Of a stretch of 64,000 bases of DNA, positions 1 to 10,400 are shown piece by piece. Origin of the DNA: a virus. The stretch lies in IMG/VR virus record IMGVR_UViG_3300031519_004372, positions 71,782 to 135,781 of that record. One strand, written 5' to 3'. The notes beneath the pieces are model-generated. The model made no database searches. It had not been told where the DNA came from and worked only from the letters and a program-made list of their open reading frames with translations. A program made the translations under genes and the position numbers. The number at the start of each line of letters is the position of its first letter. The stretch's first letter is position 1.

Positions 1-2
1 CA

Positions 3-248
3 CAACGTGGAACAAATAAGTTTAACTGCGATAGTACAGCAGGAACAGCTACAATTTGCAGACTTGTAAATGAAACTGCACCAAACGCTGAAGGAGAAGC
101 TTCATTAGTAGCACTTACTCCAGGCGGTGCTGCAACTATTCTTAAAAAGATGTTTAACAGAACAGCAATTGACTGGGACGGTAATCGTTACTCGTGGGCA
201 GTTGAAGATGATTCAACACAATCATTAATTAGAATAACAGCTATCTAA
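3..248 (+). CDS. 3' end of a phage protein (partial, truncated by window start)
   Basis: Open frame from nt 3 (QRGTNKFNC...VEDDSTQSLIRITAI) ending in TAA at 246-248; not in the supplied ORF track because it has no start codon. Confidence 0.75.
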   Translation, partial: QRGTNKFNCDSTAGTATICRLVNETAPNAEGEASLVALTPGGAATILKKMFNRTAIDWDGNRYSWAVEDDSTQSLIRITAI

Positions 249-252
249 ATTA

Positions 253-276
253 AATAGGGGGAGAAATTCCCCTATT
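253..276 (+). terminator. Stem-loop (terminator or mRNA-stabilising hairpin)
   Basis: AATAGGGGGA-GAAA-TTCCCCTATT: 10-bp stem with one G-U pair and a GNRA loop, directly after the stop codon; no strong U tract. Confidence 0.55.
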
Positions 277-291
277 AACTAGGGATTAAGA

Positions 292-1314
292 ATGTCAAAG
301 TATTTAAGAATTGGTAATGGTGATTATAACATTTCAGTAAAAGAAGGTGGAGAGATCACCTTAGACACAACTGACGGTGCATTAAACGGCACTGGAAAAG
401 TTATAATTACAGGAGATTTAGAAGTTAAAGGAGATACTTCAACAATAAATTCTACTGTAGTAACTGTTGCTGATAATATTATTGTTCTTTCTAAGGATAA
501 TATCGCAGCAGGAATTCCTGCCGCTCTTAATTACCGAAGTGGTATTGAAATTGAAAGAGGCTCAGTAAGTAATGCATTCATGATATATGATGAACAGCTT
601 GCTTGGACACTTGGAGGAACATCAGGAACAGGTACTTGGACTTTTGAACAAGGTACAACAACTGTTCCTATTAAAGCAACAGGAATGTTTTCTGATGCTA
701 ACTTATATTTAAATCCCGGAACCGGCGTATTATCAGTAACAAATACAACTAATTATGAACAACGAGTGTTTACGTATTCTGGAAGTGTAGTAACTGATGG
801 CGGAAGCGGAGTTGTTATTGATGACGATATTATTCCAAATACAAAAGCATTAGTAGATTATGTAGTTTATGCATTATCAACAGGATCAGTTCCAGCAAGA
901 TTGCAAGAATCTGATACTTCGGTTGAAGCACATGACTTTAGTGTAACCGGGACTGAAAGTAATATACAACTTGATATTAACGGTGTTGCAACTGCTAACT
1001 TATTTGCTAATAGATTTGAAGTATTTGATTTAAAACTTCAAGATAATGAAATTTCAACTACATCAAGTAATGTTGATTTAATATTAGGATCACCAGGAAC
1101 TGGTTCGGTAAAAATAAAAGATACACTAGAATTGACAGAAACGCCAGGCGAAGACGATGTTGCAACAGATCCAACAGCACCAGGTGAAGGTATAAAACTT
1201 TATTCTAAGACAATGTCTAATGGCGGAACTGGATTGTTTTTCATTAATAAAAGCAATAGGCAAGATGAATTAATAAGTAAAAGAAAAGCATTAGTCTTTA
1301 GTATGGTATTCTAA
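292..1314 (+). CDS. Putative virion structural protein (T4-like baseplate/fibre-associated)
   Basis: 340 aa, G/T/S-rich beta-type sequence with a GIEIERGS motif and hydrophobic C-terminus (KALVFSMVF); sits in the structural gene block. Confidence 0.6.
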   Translation: MSKYLRIGNGDYNISVKEGGEITLDTTDGALNGTGKVIITGDLEVKGDTSTINSTVVTVADNIIVLSKDNIAAGIPAALNYRSGIEIERGSVSNAFMIYDEQLAWTLGGTSGTGTWTFEQGTTTVPIKATGMFSDANLYLNPGTGVLSVTNTTNYEQRVFTYSGSVVTDGGSGVVIDDDIIPNTKALVDYVVYALSTGSVPARLQESDTSVEAHDFSVTGTESNIQLDINGVATANLFANRFEVFDLKLQDNEISTTSSNVDLILGSPGTGSVKIKDTLELTETPGEDDVATDPTAPGEGIKLYSKTMSNGGTGLFFINKSNRQDELISKRKALVFSMVF

Positions 1315-1326
1315 AAGGAAATAAAA

Positions 1327-1683
1327 ATGGCGATTACAAATAATCAATTAACACTAACACAGCTAGATGCACTCACAGTTCCGGCTAGCAAACAATATGC
1401 AATTACAAATATATTAGTTTGTAATACATATAGCCCAGTTGGAGGCAGTGCGTCAACTCGCGGTGCAAAGTTTACAATGCATTTAATTCCGTCAGGCGAT
1501 CCTTTAGCTAACGCAGTAACTACAGTTGTTAAAGAATTAGAATTGCCTGCAGGAGAAACATTTACGTTTGACTCTGAAAGAATTATTTTAGAAGCTGGCG
1601 ACAAGATTAGTTTTATAGCTTCTCCTGATTTAGGTGGTGGCCTTACAGACTTAGCAAGTACTATAAGCTACATGGAAGTTTAA
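1327..1683 (+). CDS. Small beta-rich virion accessory protein (paralogue family with 6697 and 17056)
   Basis: 118 aa with AAGGA RBS; pattern TVP..K.YAI..I.VCN ... L.AGETF...ERIILEAGD ... ISY.EV is shared with the two paralogues. Confidence 0.65.
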   Translation: MAITNNQLTLTQLDALTVPASKQYAITNILVCNTYSPVGGSASTRGAKFTMHLIPSGDPLANAVTTVVKELELPAGETFTFDSERIILEAGDKISFIASPDLGGGLTDLASTISYMEV

Positions 1684-1684
1684 G

Positions 1685-2356
1685 ATGCGGTTATTAAAAG
1701 GACAAAATACTAACTCACGTAACATATACGGTAGAGGTTTACAGGTTGATACATTAGATCAATTAATTGCCGACAGCACTAATTCATTACGTGTTCCGTA
1801 TGGTACAACATCACAGCGTCCAACAACACCCACAAACGGCCAACTTAGGTATAATTCTACATCAAATAAATTTGAAGGTTACGAAAATTCAGCTTGGAGA
1901 GTATTAAGATATGCTGAACCGTTTCCTGCAGGAATTACTCAACAAAGTTTAGGCAATGGAGATGCTACGGCTGTAGTATTTGGTCCATTAGCATCAGGAG
2001 ATGTTAATGCGCCGGCGCCAGCAGCAGCACAAAATGTATTAGTGCTTGTTGAAAACGTATTTCAATTAGCAACTACAAACTATACTCTAGCACAAAATCC
2101 AGCAGCAGCAGTAGGCAGCGGATCTGAAGTTACAGCAGGATCTTTTTCTATTGGTGTAGAATATAAAATTGTTGTCCCCGGCAATACAGACTTTACATTA
2201 ATTGGTTCTGCAGATAGCACAGCAAATACCGTCTTTACAGCAACTGGTGTAGGTACAGGCACAGGCACTGCAAGGATAACAGGTTATTACTTGGTATTTA
2301 CAGGTGCACCAGATGCAGGTAAACCAGTAACAGCCTTACATAACTTCGACAAGTAA
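1685..2356 (+). CDS. Putative tail fibre/baseplate appendage protein
   Basis: 223 aa; GTTSQRPTTPTNGQLRYNSTSNKFEGY motif typical of phage fibre proteins and repeated in the 2388 and 5218 products. Confidence 0.6.
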   Translation: MRLLKGQNTNSRNIYGRGLQVDTLDQLIADSTNSLRVPYGTTSQRPTTPTNGQLRYNSTSNKFEGYENSAWRVLRYAEPFPAGITQQSLGNGDATAVVFGPLASGDVNAPAPAAAQNVLVLVENVFQLATTNYTLAQNPAAAVGSGSEVTAGSFSIGVEYKIVVPGNTDFTLIGSADSTANTVFTATGVGTGTGTARITGYYLVFTGAPDAGKPVTALHNFDK

Positions 2357-2359
2357 ACC

Positions 2360-2387
2360 TATAAATACTGTATAGGAGATACAGTAT
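2360..2387 (+). promoter_or_regulatory. T4-type late promoter overlapping an RBS-containing hairpin
   Basis: TATAAATA at 2360-2367; perfect 9-bp stem ATACTGTAT/ATACAGTAT (2365-2373/2379-2387) with AGGAG as the loop; ATG at 2388. Confidence 0.7.
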
Positions 2388-5081
2388 ATGAGTTTAGGTA
2401 GAATTTCAGGTCCATTACTACAAGAAAACCTAGTCCGAAACGGAGTTGATTTAAACTTCCGTAACCAATCGGCTGACACTCCTCTTTTATTCTTTGATGT
2501 AGCTAACAATCGATTAGGTGTTAATAAAGATGCACCTGGAACTGATTTAGACCTCATTGATAGTACACTAAGGACAACAGGCTTACTTGCTCCTACTACA
2601 AATCAATCTATTGCAAATTATACATTATCTGGATCAAATCTAAATGTATCAACTGGTGACATTAACTTTAATGCTGCAGAAGCTATAGTTGCATCAACTA
2701 TAGAAACAGATAATATTAGAATTACTGATAATACTATCTCAACGTTTAATAGTAATGCTAGTTTTGATTTAACACCAAACGGTACAGGAATAGTTGATGT
2801 ATTATCAGATATGAAAGTATTTGGAAACTTAGATACGCCTTCTACTATAACAATGGGCGGAAGTATTACTATTGGAGATAACTCTTCAGATACTATTGAT
2901 TTTAATACTGATATGACTAGTGACTTAACACCAGATGTTACTGATACTTCTAATTTAGGATCAGCTAATAATAAATGGGATAATATATATTCATTTAGAT
3001 TAAATGGTGCATCGTTAGAAATTCCTAACATACGAGTTGACACTAATACAATATCAACACTAACATCTAATTCTAATTTAGACCTTATAGGTAACGCTAG
3101 TGGAAATGTAAAACTTGAAGACTTGGAATTTGCAACTAACGTAATATCTACATCTACAGGAAATGATCTTACATTAACTGTTCCTCCAATGCAGTGGGCT
3201 GCTACATTAACCAAAACATTATATCCCGTAAACACAGCGGCTTATGTCAGGCTAGGAATGACCCTAGCTGCGTCAGGAAATTATACTATAGTTTGGGATG
3301 GACAAATTGCCACTTGGGTTATTTATAATATTATTACTGGAGCAATTGTTACTAATATCAATCAAAGAGGATATAGCGTATCTATGGATAGCAATTACCT
3401 TATTATTGGTGACCAGACTTACGATGATGGTGTTAATAATGATTCAGGTAGAGCATATATCTATAAAACAACAACAGGAGATTGGTCAGATATAACTTTA
3501 CTACATACATTAGATAACCCAAATGCCTATGATACAAGTGTATATGATAACTTTGGTTACTCAGTTGATATAGACGGTAACTCGGCTATTGTTAGTGCTC
3601 TATATGAAGATGATGCAGGTGGTAGTGCATCAGGTAAAGCATATATCTTTAATGTAACCACAGGTGCTCTATTACATACACTAGATAATCCAACTGCATA
3701 TGGCACTAGTTACAATGATAGATTTGGTAACTCAGTTGCTATATCTGGTAACTCGGCTATAGTTGGCGCTTCATATGAATATGATAGCCCAACTTTATTT
3801 CGTTCAGGTAAAGCATATATCTTTAATGTAACCTCAGGGGCATTATTACACACACTAGATAATCCAAATGCATATGGTACAAGTGCAGGTGATTATTTTG
3901 GTCAGCGAGTAGCAATAAGCGGTAACTCGGCTATTGTTAGTTCTTGGCAAGAAGATGATGCCGGTGGATTTACTTCAGGTAAAGCATACATATTCAATGT
4001 AACCTCAGGTGCTCTAGTACATACACTAGATAACCCAAATGCATATGGCACTAGTTACAATGACCAGTTTGGTGGTTCGGTTGCTATATCTGGTAACTAT
4101 GCAATTGTCGGCGCGGGTCTCGAAGATGATGCCGGTGGTACTAATTCAGGTAAAGCATATATCTTTGATGTCACAACTGGCGGACTACTAACAACAATTA
4201 ATAACCCTAATGATCCAGAAGGAAATCCTGGTGGTACAAGTGCTAGTGATTTTTTTAGTGGTTACCAAACAAATGGTGTTGCAATATCAGACAACTATAT
4301 TATTGCTAGTTCACCTTATGAAGATAGACGAAATGTTGATGGATCTATAAGCCAAGACGCAGCAGGTGTTGTATACGTTTTTGAATTATCTAATTCGCAT
4401 AACACTATAATTTCGACAACTTCTGCTCTAAAGTTACCAAGTGGTACAACTGTACAGCGTCCTAATGTTAACTTAGGAGTAAGATTTAATACAACAACTT
4501 CAAGATTTGAAGGTTACTATAACGGAAATACTATACTTGGCGGAGTTTATTCAAGTAATGAATTAACAAATATAGTAGCACATCCTACTAACGATACTGT
4601 GCCGCTTACAGTAAACAATACAGTAATAGGAACAGTTACAGCCACAGGAATAACAGTACATGGCCTACAAGTAGATAATATTAATGTTGATGGTAGTATT
4701 ATTAGTACAGCAACAGATACTGATTTAATATTAGCACCAGCTGGAAATGTATCAAATAAATCAGTAAAAATTGACAATTTATTCATAGGCGAAACTGTTG
4801 GTACACAACAAATTAAAAGTGACAATAACATAATAGAATTTGCTGTAACAGGTCAAGGTTCAACAAAGATTCCTAGCTCTTATGCCGTTACAATTCCAAC
4901 AGGCACAACCGCAAACCGTCCAGCATCTCCTCAACTTGGAGATACTCGCTGGAACGGAGTACTAGAGCAAATGGAAACGTATAACGGAAGTAGTTATATT
5001 AGTTCTGCAGGAACTGGTGGCGTTATTTCTAGAGCAGATTATGATGATCTTTTACTTCAATATACAATACTTCTTGGATAA
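2388..5081 (+). CDS. Tail fibre-like structural protein with an inserted FG-GAP-repeat beta-propeller
   Basis: 897 aa; N- and C-terminal parts align by eye with the 5218 product (GRISGPLL..NLVRNG.DL.F); internal repeats such as D.FG.SVAISGN.AIVGA..EDDAGG..SGKAYIF. Confidence 0.75.
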   Translation: MSLGRISGPLLQENLVRNGVDLNFRNQSADTPLLFFDVANNRLGVNKDAPGTDLDLIDSTLRTTGLLAPTTNQSIANYTLSGSNLNVSTGDINFNAAEAIVASTIETDNIRITDNTISTFNSNASFDLTPNGTGIVDVLSDMKVFGNLDTPSTITMGGSITIGDNSSDTIDFNTDMTSDLTPDVTDTSNLGSANNKWDNIYSFRLNGASLEIPNIRVDTNTISTLTSNSNLDLIGNASGNVKLEDLEFATNVISTSTGNDLTLTVPPMQWAATLTKTLYPVNTAAYVRLGMTLAASGNYTIVWDGQIATWVIYNIITGAIVTNINQRGYSVSMDSNYLIIGDQTYDDGVNNDSGRAYIYKTTTGDWSDITLLHTLDNPNAYDTSVYDNFGYSVDIDGNSAIVSALYEDDAGGSASGKAYIFNVTTGALLHTLDNPTAYGTSYNDRFGNSVAISGNSAIVGASYEYDSPTLFRSGKAYIFNVTSGALLHTLDNPNAYGTSAGDYFGQRVAISGNSAIVSSWQEDDAGGFTSGKAYIFNVTSGALVHTLDNPNAYGTSYNDQFGGSVAISGNYAIVGAGLEDDAGGTNSGKAYIFDVTTGGLLTTINNPNDPEGNPGGTSASDFFSGYQTNGVAISDNYIIASSPYEDRRNVDGSISQDAAGVVYVFELSNSHNTIISTTSALKLPSGTTVQRPNVNLGVRFNTTTSRFEGYYNGNTILGGVYSSNELTNIVAHPTNDTVPLTVNNTVIGTVTATGITVHGLQVDNINVDGSIISTATDTDLILAPAGNVSNKSVKIDNLFIGETVGTQQIKSDNNIIEFAVTGQGSTKIPSSYAVTIPTGTTANRPASPQLGDTRWNGVLEQMETYNGSSYISSAGTGGVISRADYDDLLLQYTILLG
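3440..4230 (+). repeat. Tandem coding repeats of about 171-186 nt (FG-GAP units)
   Basis: TCAGGTA(A/G)AGCATA recurs at 3444, 3630, 3804, 3975 and 4146; the central units are highly similar at DNA level. Confidence 0.85.
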
Positions 5082-5097
5082 TAATATTTAAAAACGA

Positions 5098-5217
5098 TAA
5101 ATATTAATAGTAAGACATGACCAGTGTTTTATTAACAAACTGTGGTTAGCCAGCAAAGAACCGTAAGGGTGAAAATTTAGGCTAGAGGGACAGGATCCCC
5201 GTATTGAGGAAAAAAAG
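5098..5217 (+). promoter_or_regulatory. Late promoter plus a long, possibly structured 5' leader
   Basis: TAAATA at 5098-5103, then about 115 nt of non-coding sequence with a GC-richer core and short complementary segments; GAGGA RBS before ATG 5218. Confidence 0.45.
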
Positions 5218-6690
5218 ATGGCTGTTGGTCGCATATCCGGTCCGCTTTTGAAGTCAAATTTAGTCCGTAATGGAATTGATTTAGCTTTTGAAACGAACCT
5301 ATTATATCTAGATGTAAACAATTCACGTCTTGGCGTTAAAACAAGTTCACCTCAATATGAGTTAGATGTAAACGGAACTACAAAAACAACCAATTTAGTT
5401 GCAACTACTGCAACACTTTCAGATATATCTTTTGCTAATAATACTATTAGCACAAATAATCCTTATCTAAATTTAGGCACACTAGACAATGTTGTATACC
5501 AAAACAAATTAAGAATTGATTCAATTGACATTGAAGGTAATACAATTACAACAAATGCTTCTAATGCAAACTTAGAATTAAGAGCAAATGGAACTGGTGC
5601 TGTTAATATACATTCAAATTTAAATGTTGACGGAAGTGTACACGTAACTGGAAATATTACAGCAGACGGTAACATTACACTTGGCGACGACGATACAGAT
5701 TCAATTACAATTAATGCAGAGATTGCAAGTGATTTAGTACCCGATGTTACTAATACATATAATTTAGGAACAGTAGCTAAAAGATGGAATAATTCTTGGA
5801 TTAATGATGTAGTTACTACTGAAGCTAATATTGGTGATGTACAGATCCGTGATAACTTTATAACTTCGTCAGCATCAAATGCAAACTTAGAATTAAGAGC
5901 AAACGGCGCTGGATCAATTGTAATTGAAGACATTAGTATTAACGGAAGTACAATAAGTTCTGCAAGTAATTTAACTCTTACTCCGGCTGCTGGATCAAAC
6001 GTAGTAATAGATTCAACAGGAGCAGTTAAATTACCATCAGGTACAACTGCACAACGACCTACTCCTGTAGCTGGTTATACAAGATACAATAACGAATTAA
6101 ATGTATTTGAAGGGTATAATGGAGCAAACTGGCTTGTTTTAAACGGAGTGCAAGATTTAGATGGTAACACTAATGTTACTGCTGAACTGACACCCGGAGC
6201 AAATGATGATATTATAAGATTTAATGTTGCTGGAGCAACTATTGTAGACATTAATAGTACAAGATTAAATGCACCGCAAGTAACAGTTGACAATATTACA
6301 ATAGACGGAAACACAATTAGTTCGGCAACAGATACAAACGTATCAATAGTTCCAGGCGGTACAGGAAAAACACTTTTTAATAATACAATTAGTATTAAAG
6401 ATAATATTATAACAAACGAAGTTAACAATAGTGTAACACAATTTAATACAACCGGAACTGGTTATGTAAAGTTTTCAGGAACAGCAGGATTTGTTATTCC
6501 ACACGGAACTTCATTACAAAGACCTGCTTTTGTAAACAGTGAAACAGGAATGATGAGACTTAACACAGCAGATAATCGTGTTGAAATATTTGACGGAACA
6601 AGTTGGGTGTCAGTAGCAGGTTCTGCTTCAGGTATAACTACAGCAGACGCAGAATCAATTGCACTAGAATTAGTGTTAAGTTTAGGATAG
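5218..6690 (+). CDS. Tail fibre-like structural protein (paralogue of 2388 without the propeller)
   Basis: 490 aa; internal duplication NANLELRANG (26 identical nt at 5563-5588 and 5878-5903); GTT.QRP motifs; C-terminus IALELVLSLG. Confidence 0.7.
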   Translation: MAVGRISGPLLKSNLVRNGIDLAFETNLLYLDVNNSRLGVKTSSPQYELDVNGTTKTTNLVATTATLSDISFANNTISTNNPYLNLGTLDNVVYQNKLRIDSIDIEGNTITTNASNANLELRANGTGAVNIHSNLNVDGSVHVTGNITADGNITLGDDDTDSITINAEIASDLVPDVTNTYNLGTVAKRWNNSWINDVVTTEANIGDVQIRDNFITSSASNANLELRANGAGSIVIEDISINGSTISSASNLTLTPAAGSNVVIDSTGAVKLPSGTTAQRPTPVAGYTRYNNELNVFEGYNGANWLVLNGVQDLDGNTNVTAELTPGANDDIIRFNVAGATIVDINSTRLNAPQVTVDNITIDGNTISSATDTNVSIVPGGTGKTLFNNTISIKDNIITNEVNNSVTQFNTTGTGYVKFSGTAGFVIPHGTSLQRPAFVNSETGMMRLNTADNRVEIFDGTSWVSVAGSASGITTADAESIALELVLSLG

Positions 6691-6696
6691 GATACG

Positions 6697-7026
6697 ATGG
6701 CAACATTTTTTAGAAGTAAAGTATTAAAAGACGTAGGTGTACTACAAGTACCTGGAATTACAACAGATGCATCAACTCGTGCAACAATTATTGGAATTAG
6801 TATGACTAACCTTACTCAATCTAATATCTTTGTTAGTGTATTAATACATGACGATACTAGTGTTGATGGATATTATTTAAAAGATGTTATGATTCCACCC
6901 AACTCAAGTTTAAAGCCATTAGGCCCAGCAGAAAAAATAATCTTAGCACCAACTAACGTTATTTCGTTTAAATCAAACGAAACTGATAGTATGGATGTTA
7001 TAATCAGTTATGTAGATATTGTATAA
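6697..7026 (+). CDS. Small beta-rich virion accessory protein (family with 1327 and 17056)
   Basis: 109 aa; RATIIGISMTN ... IPPNSSL...EKIILAP ... VIISYVDIV. Confidence 0.65.
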   Translation: MATFFRSKVLKDVGVLQVPGITTDASTRATIIGISMTNLTQSNIFVSVLIHDDTSVDGYYLKDVMIPPNSSLKPLGPAEKIILAPTNVISFKSNETDSMDVIISYVDIV

Positions 7027-7035
7027 GGAATAGTT

Positions 7036-7413
7036 ATGGGAAATTATATAGGCACTAGTCAAGACCACATTAACGCCGCAGTTCAAAATAGATTCTTTTA
7101 TGGATTAAGAAGAACCGACGAAGGAGAATTATTTATTGGAAAGGTTGATCAGTTAAAAACTGAAGATTCCTTAACATTGAATGTGCCCGGCGATCCAACA
7201 GCAAATTATCCAGATTTTTCTGAAGGACAAGACTTTTTTGAAGGTAGAGATGTTGCTCACGAATTAATTTATGAAAATTTAAATTACGAACAATTTCGCT
7301 GGGATGATAAAAATATTTATTACTATGTAAACTCTGAAGGCGAATTAGTAGCAAGAGTGAATCAAAGTTGGACATACGATGATGGTTCGTCATCTAATAA
7401 TGGGATAATATAA
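7036..7413 (+). CDS. Hypothetical phage protein
   Basis: 125 aa with AAGGA RBS; stop codon overlaps the next ATG. Confidence 0.65.
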   Translation: MGNYIGTSQDHINAAVQNRFFYGLRRTDEGELFIGKVDQLKTEDSLTLNVPGDPTANYPDFSEGQDFFEGRDVAHELIYENLNYEQFRWDDKNIYYYVNSEGELVARVNQSWTYDDGSSSNNGII

Positions 7414-10400
7414 TGGCAGATTTTAGAATTGATAGAATTAGGTTTCGTTGGAAGAATATTTGGACAGGAACAACGGTATACATCAAAGACGATTTCATTG
7501 TCTATCAAGGTAAAGCATATGTTTGTTTAATAGGACACACATCAGCTGCAAGTTTTTATACTGATTTAAATGATGCTGCACCTAAGTGGGTGTTGATGCA
7601 AGATGGTTATGTATGGAAAAATCAATGGTTACCTAGTACATATTATGATGTAGGAAACATTGTTAAATTTAATGCATATGTGTATAGATGTTTAACTCCA
7701 CACACATCTGCTGCTACAAACTTATTAGGATTAGTTGCTGATAACAGTAAATGGGAAATTGTATCTAAAGTTACTAACTGGTTACATAACTGGGCTATAA
7801 GTACTGATTATAATATAGGCGATGTTGTAAGATATAACGGATATGTATACGTAGTAAACACTAAACACGTATCGTCTGCTACATTGGCCCTTGGCTTAGA
7901 AAACGACCAGTCTTATTGGTCACAAGTAACAAAATCAGATCATTGGATTGGAGATTGGACAGTTTCAACTCGATATAAAGTTTCAGATGTTGTAAGATAT
8001 AATGGTATACTTTATAGAGCTAATCAAGGTCATACTAGTGCTGAAGATTATATAGACGCTGAATATTCATATTGGGATATTGTAAACTCTGGCATTGAAT
8101 ATAAGGGCGAATGGGTAGTATCAACCCGTTATAGACTAAATGATGTTATTAAATATGGACCGTCTTTATGGAAATGTGTATTAGAACATACGTCGAGCGA
8201 ACTACAATTTTCATACGATGAACGTGGCCCAAGTGATGCAACTAATAGATGGACCATCTGGCTTCCAGGATTAGAATACGAAACAGTATGGGATTATCAA
8301 AGAAACTACGCCTCAGGAGATATAGTATTATATGGCGGTTATGTATATACAGCATTAACTAACCATCAAGGCTCGGTGCCAAGTGCATATGGAATAGAAC
8401 AAGATGCCGCAGGAGCAAACTGGGAACTATTAAAAGCAGGATATAAGCACTTAGGTGAATGGGCTGAAGATAGTACAGAATACGATTATAGCACTGGTGA
8501 CGTTGTTACATTAAATGGATATTTGTATATCTGCGTAACTGATTCACATGAGGGTGCTAGTCCAGACGGGTCTGCATACTGGCAAGTATTAGTTACAGGT
8601 CGTCATAATAGAGCTGAATGGAACGACAATACACAATATGAAAAAATGGACGTGGTGTTATTTGCTGGTTCGGCATATTTGTGTTCAAAGCAACACTTAT
8701 CAACAGCTTCTGGATCAAGGCCAGATTTAGACATACCGTATGAACAAGAACAATTTTGGACTTTATTAATTCAAGGTGAAGAAACTAACGTACTAACAGA
8801 ACGAGGAGACTTAAGAACAACTAATTCTGAAGTAGATAGTTCTATGGCAGATGAAAGATTAGCTATTAGATCAGCTGGTATGGTTCTTAAATCTAATAAT
8901 CCTTTTGATGCAACACTTGCAACAGGAACATTACCGCAATGGAGTGACTTTGGTGCTTTACCAAAAGTATTTTATGTGTCAGTAGAAAACGGTCAGGACG
9001 TAACTACAAGCGGCACTACCGAAGGCGCACCGTTTAAAACAATAAAATATGCATGTGATTATATTCAAGCTAATTTAGCAGCAAGAGCTCCGGCAACTGT
9101 ATTTGTTAAAACAGGAATGTACGAAGAAATTCTTCCAATTAGTATTCCAGCTGATGTCGCTATTGTAGGCGACGAGTTAAGAAGCACTTCAATATTTCCA
9201 AAAGAAGGATATGAATCTAGTAACATGTTTTATGTAAGAAACGGTTGTGGATTAAGAAATTTATCATTAAACGGACTTACGGGGACACTAGGTGCATTAA
9301 ATTCATTTGGGACAAGACGCCCAACAGGTGGAGCATATGTAAGTTTAGATCCAGGAACAGGCCCAGCAGATACAACTGTGCATATTATAAGTAAGTCTCC
9401 GTACATACAAAACGTATCAACGTTTGGTACAGGATGTGTTGGATTAAAAATTGACGGATCTTTGCATAATGGCGGATATAAATCTGTAGTAGCTAACGAC
9501 TTTACACAAGTATTAACAGATGGTATTGGTTATTGGGCAAAGTTTAACGGAGTATCAGAACTTGTATCAGTGTTTACATATTACTGTCATGTTGGATATC
9601 TATCAGAGAATGGCGGACGATTAAGAGCTACTAACGGTAACAACTCCTATGGAGATTTTGGATCCGTTGCAGAAGGAGTTAACCCTTCAGAAACTGCAAA
9701 AACAGGAACTATAAACAATCAATCTAAAGAAGCACAAGTAAAAATTGTAGAAACAACAGGAGCAAGTGTTTTAGCATTTGGGTATTCAAATGCAGGAACA
9801 AGCTACACAGGATCGCCTGCTATTGCATTAACAGGATCTGGTTACGGGGCTAGTGTTGCGTTTGAAGATATAAGAGACAGAGCAATATCAGAGATACGAG
9901 TAACTGATCCAGGAGATTCAAGTACTGCTGGTGGACTTAATTACACTTATATAGTAAACAATGCTCAAACTGGAACACCTACTACTATTCAATTATCAGC
10001 AGCTGATGTTACTGGAACTGAGACTGCATATTTAGGACAACGCATATTCATATTATCAGGAGCAGGTGTTGGACAATATGGAAAAATTGCATCTTACAAT
10101 GCTGTAACAAAACTTGCATCTATAGAAAGAGAAAGTGATAGTTCAGCAGGTTGGGAACATATATATCCAGGATATCAGATTGAAACTATATTAAATACTT
10201 CAACAAAGTATGCTATTGAACCAAGAGTTATTATAACAGAACCGGCATTTTCGTCTGCACAAAAAACAGCACCTCATAATATGACTGCAATAACAGCATC
10301 AGGTTCTAATTTTATAGCAGCAACAACAGATGTAATATCTTATTCAACAAACAAAGGTGATTCGTGGACTACAGCAACGGGAGACATTACAGGATCTTGG

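Noticed and set aside
3185-4400. FG-GAP repeats as a eukaryotic integrin gene
   Set aside because: No signal peptide, introns or transmembrane segment; such repeats are common in prokaryotic and phage proteins and here sit in a fibre scaffold
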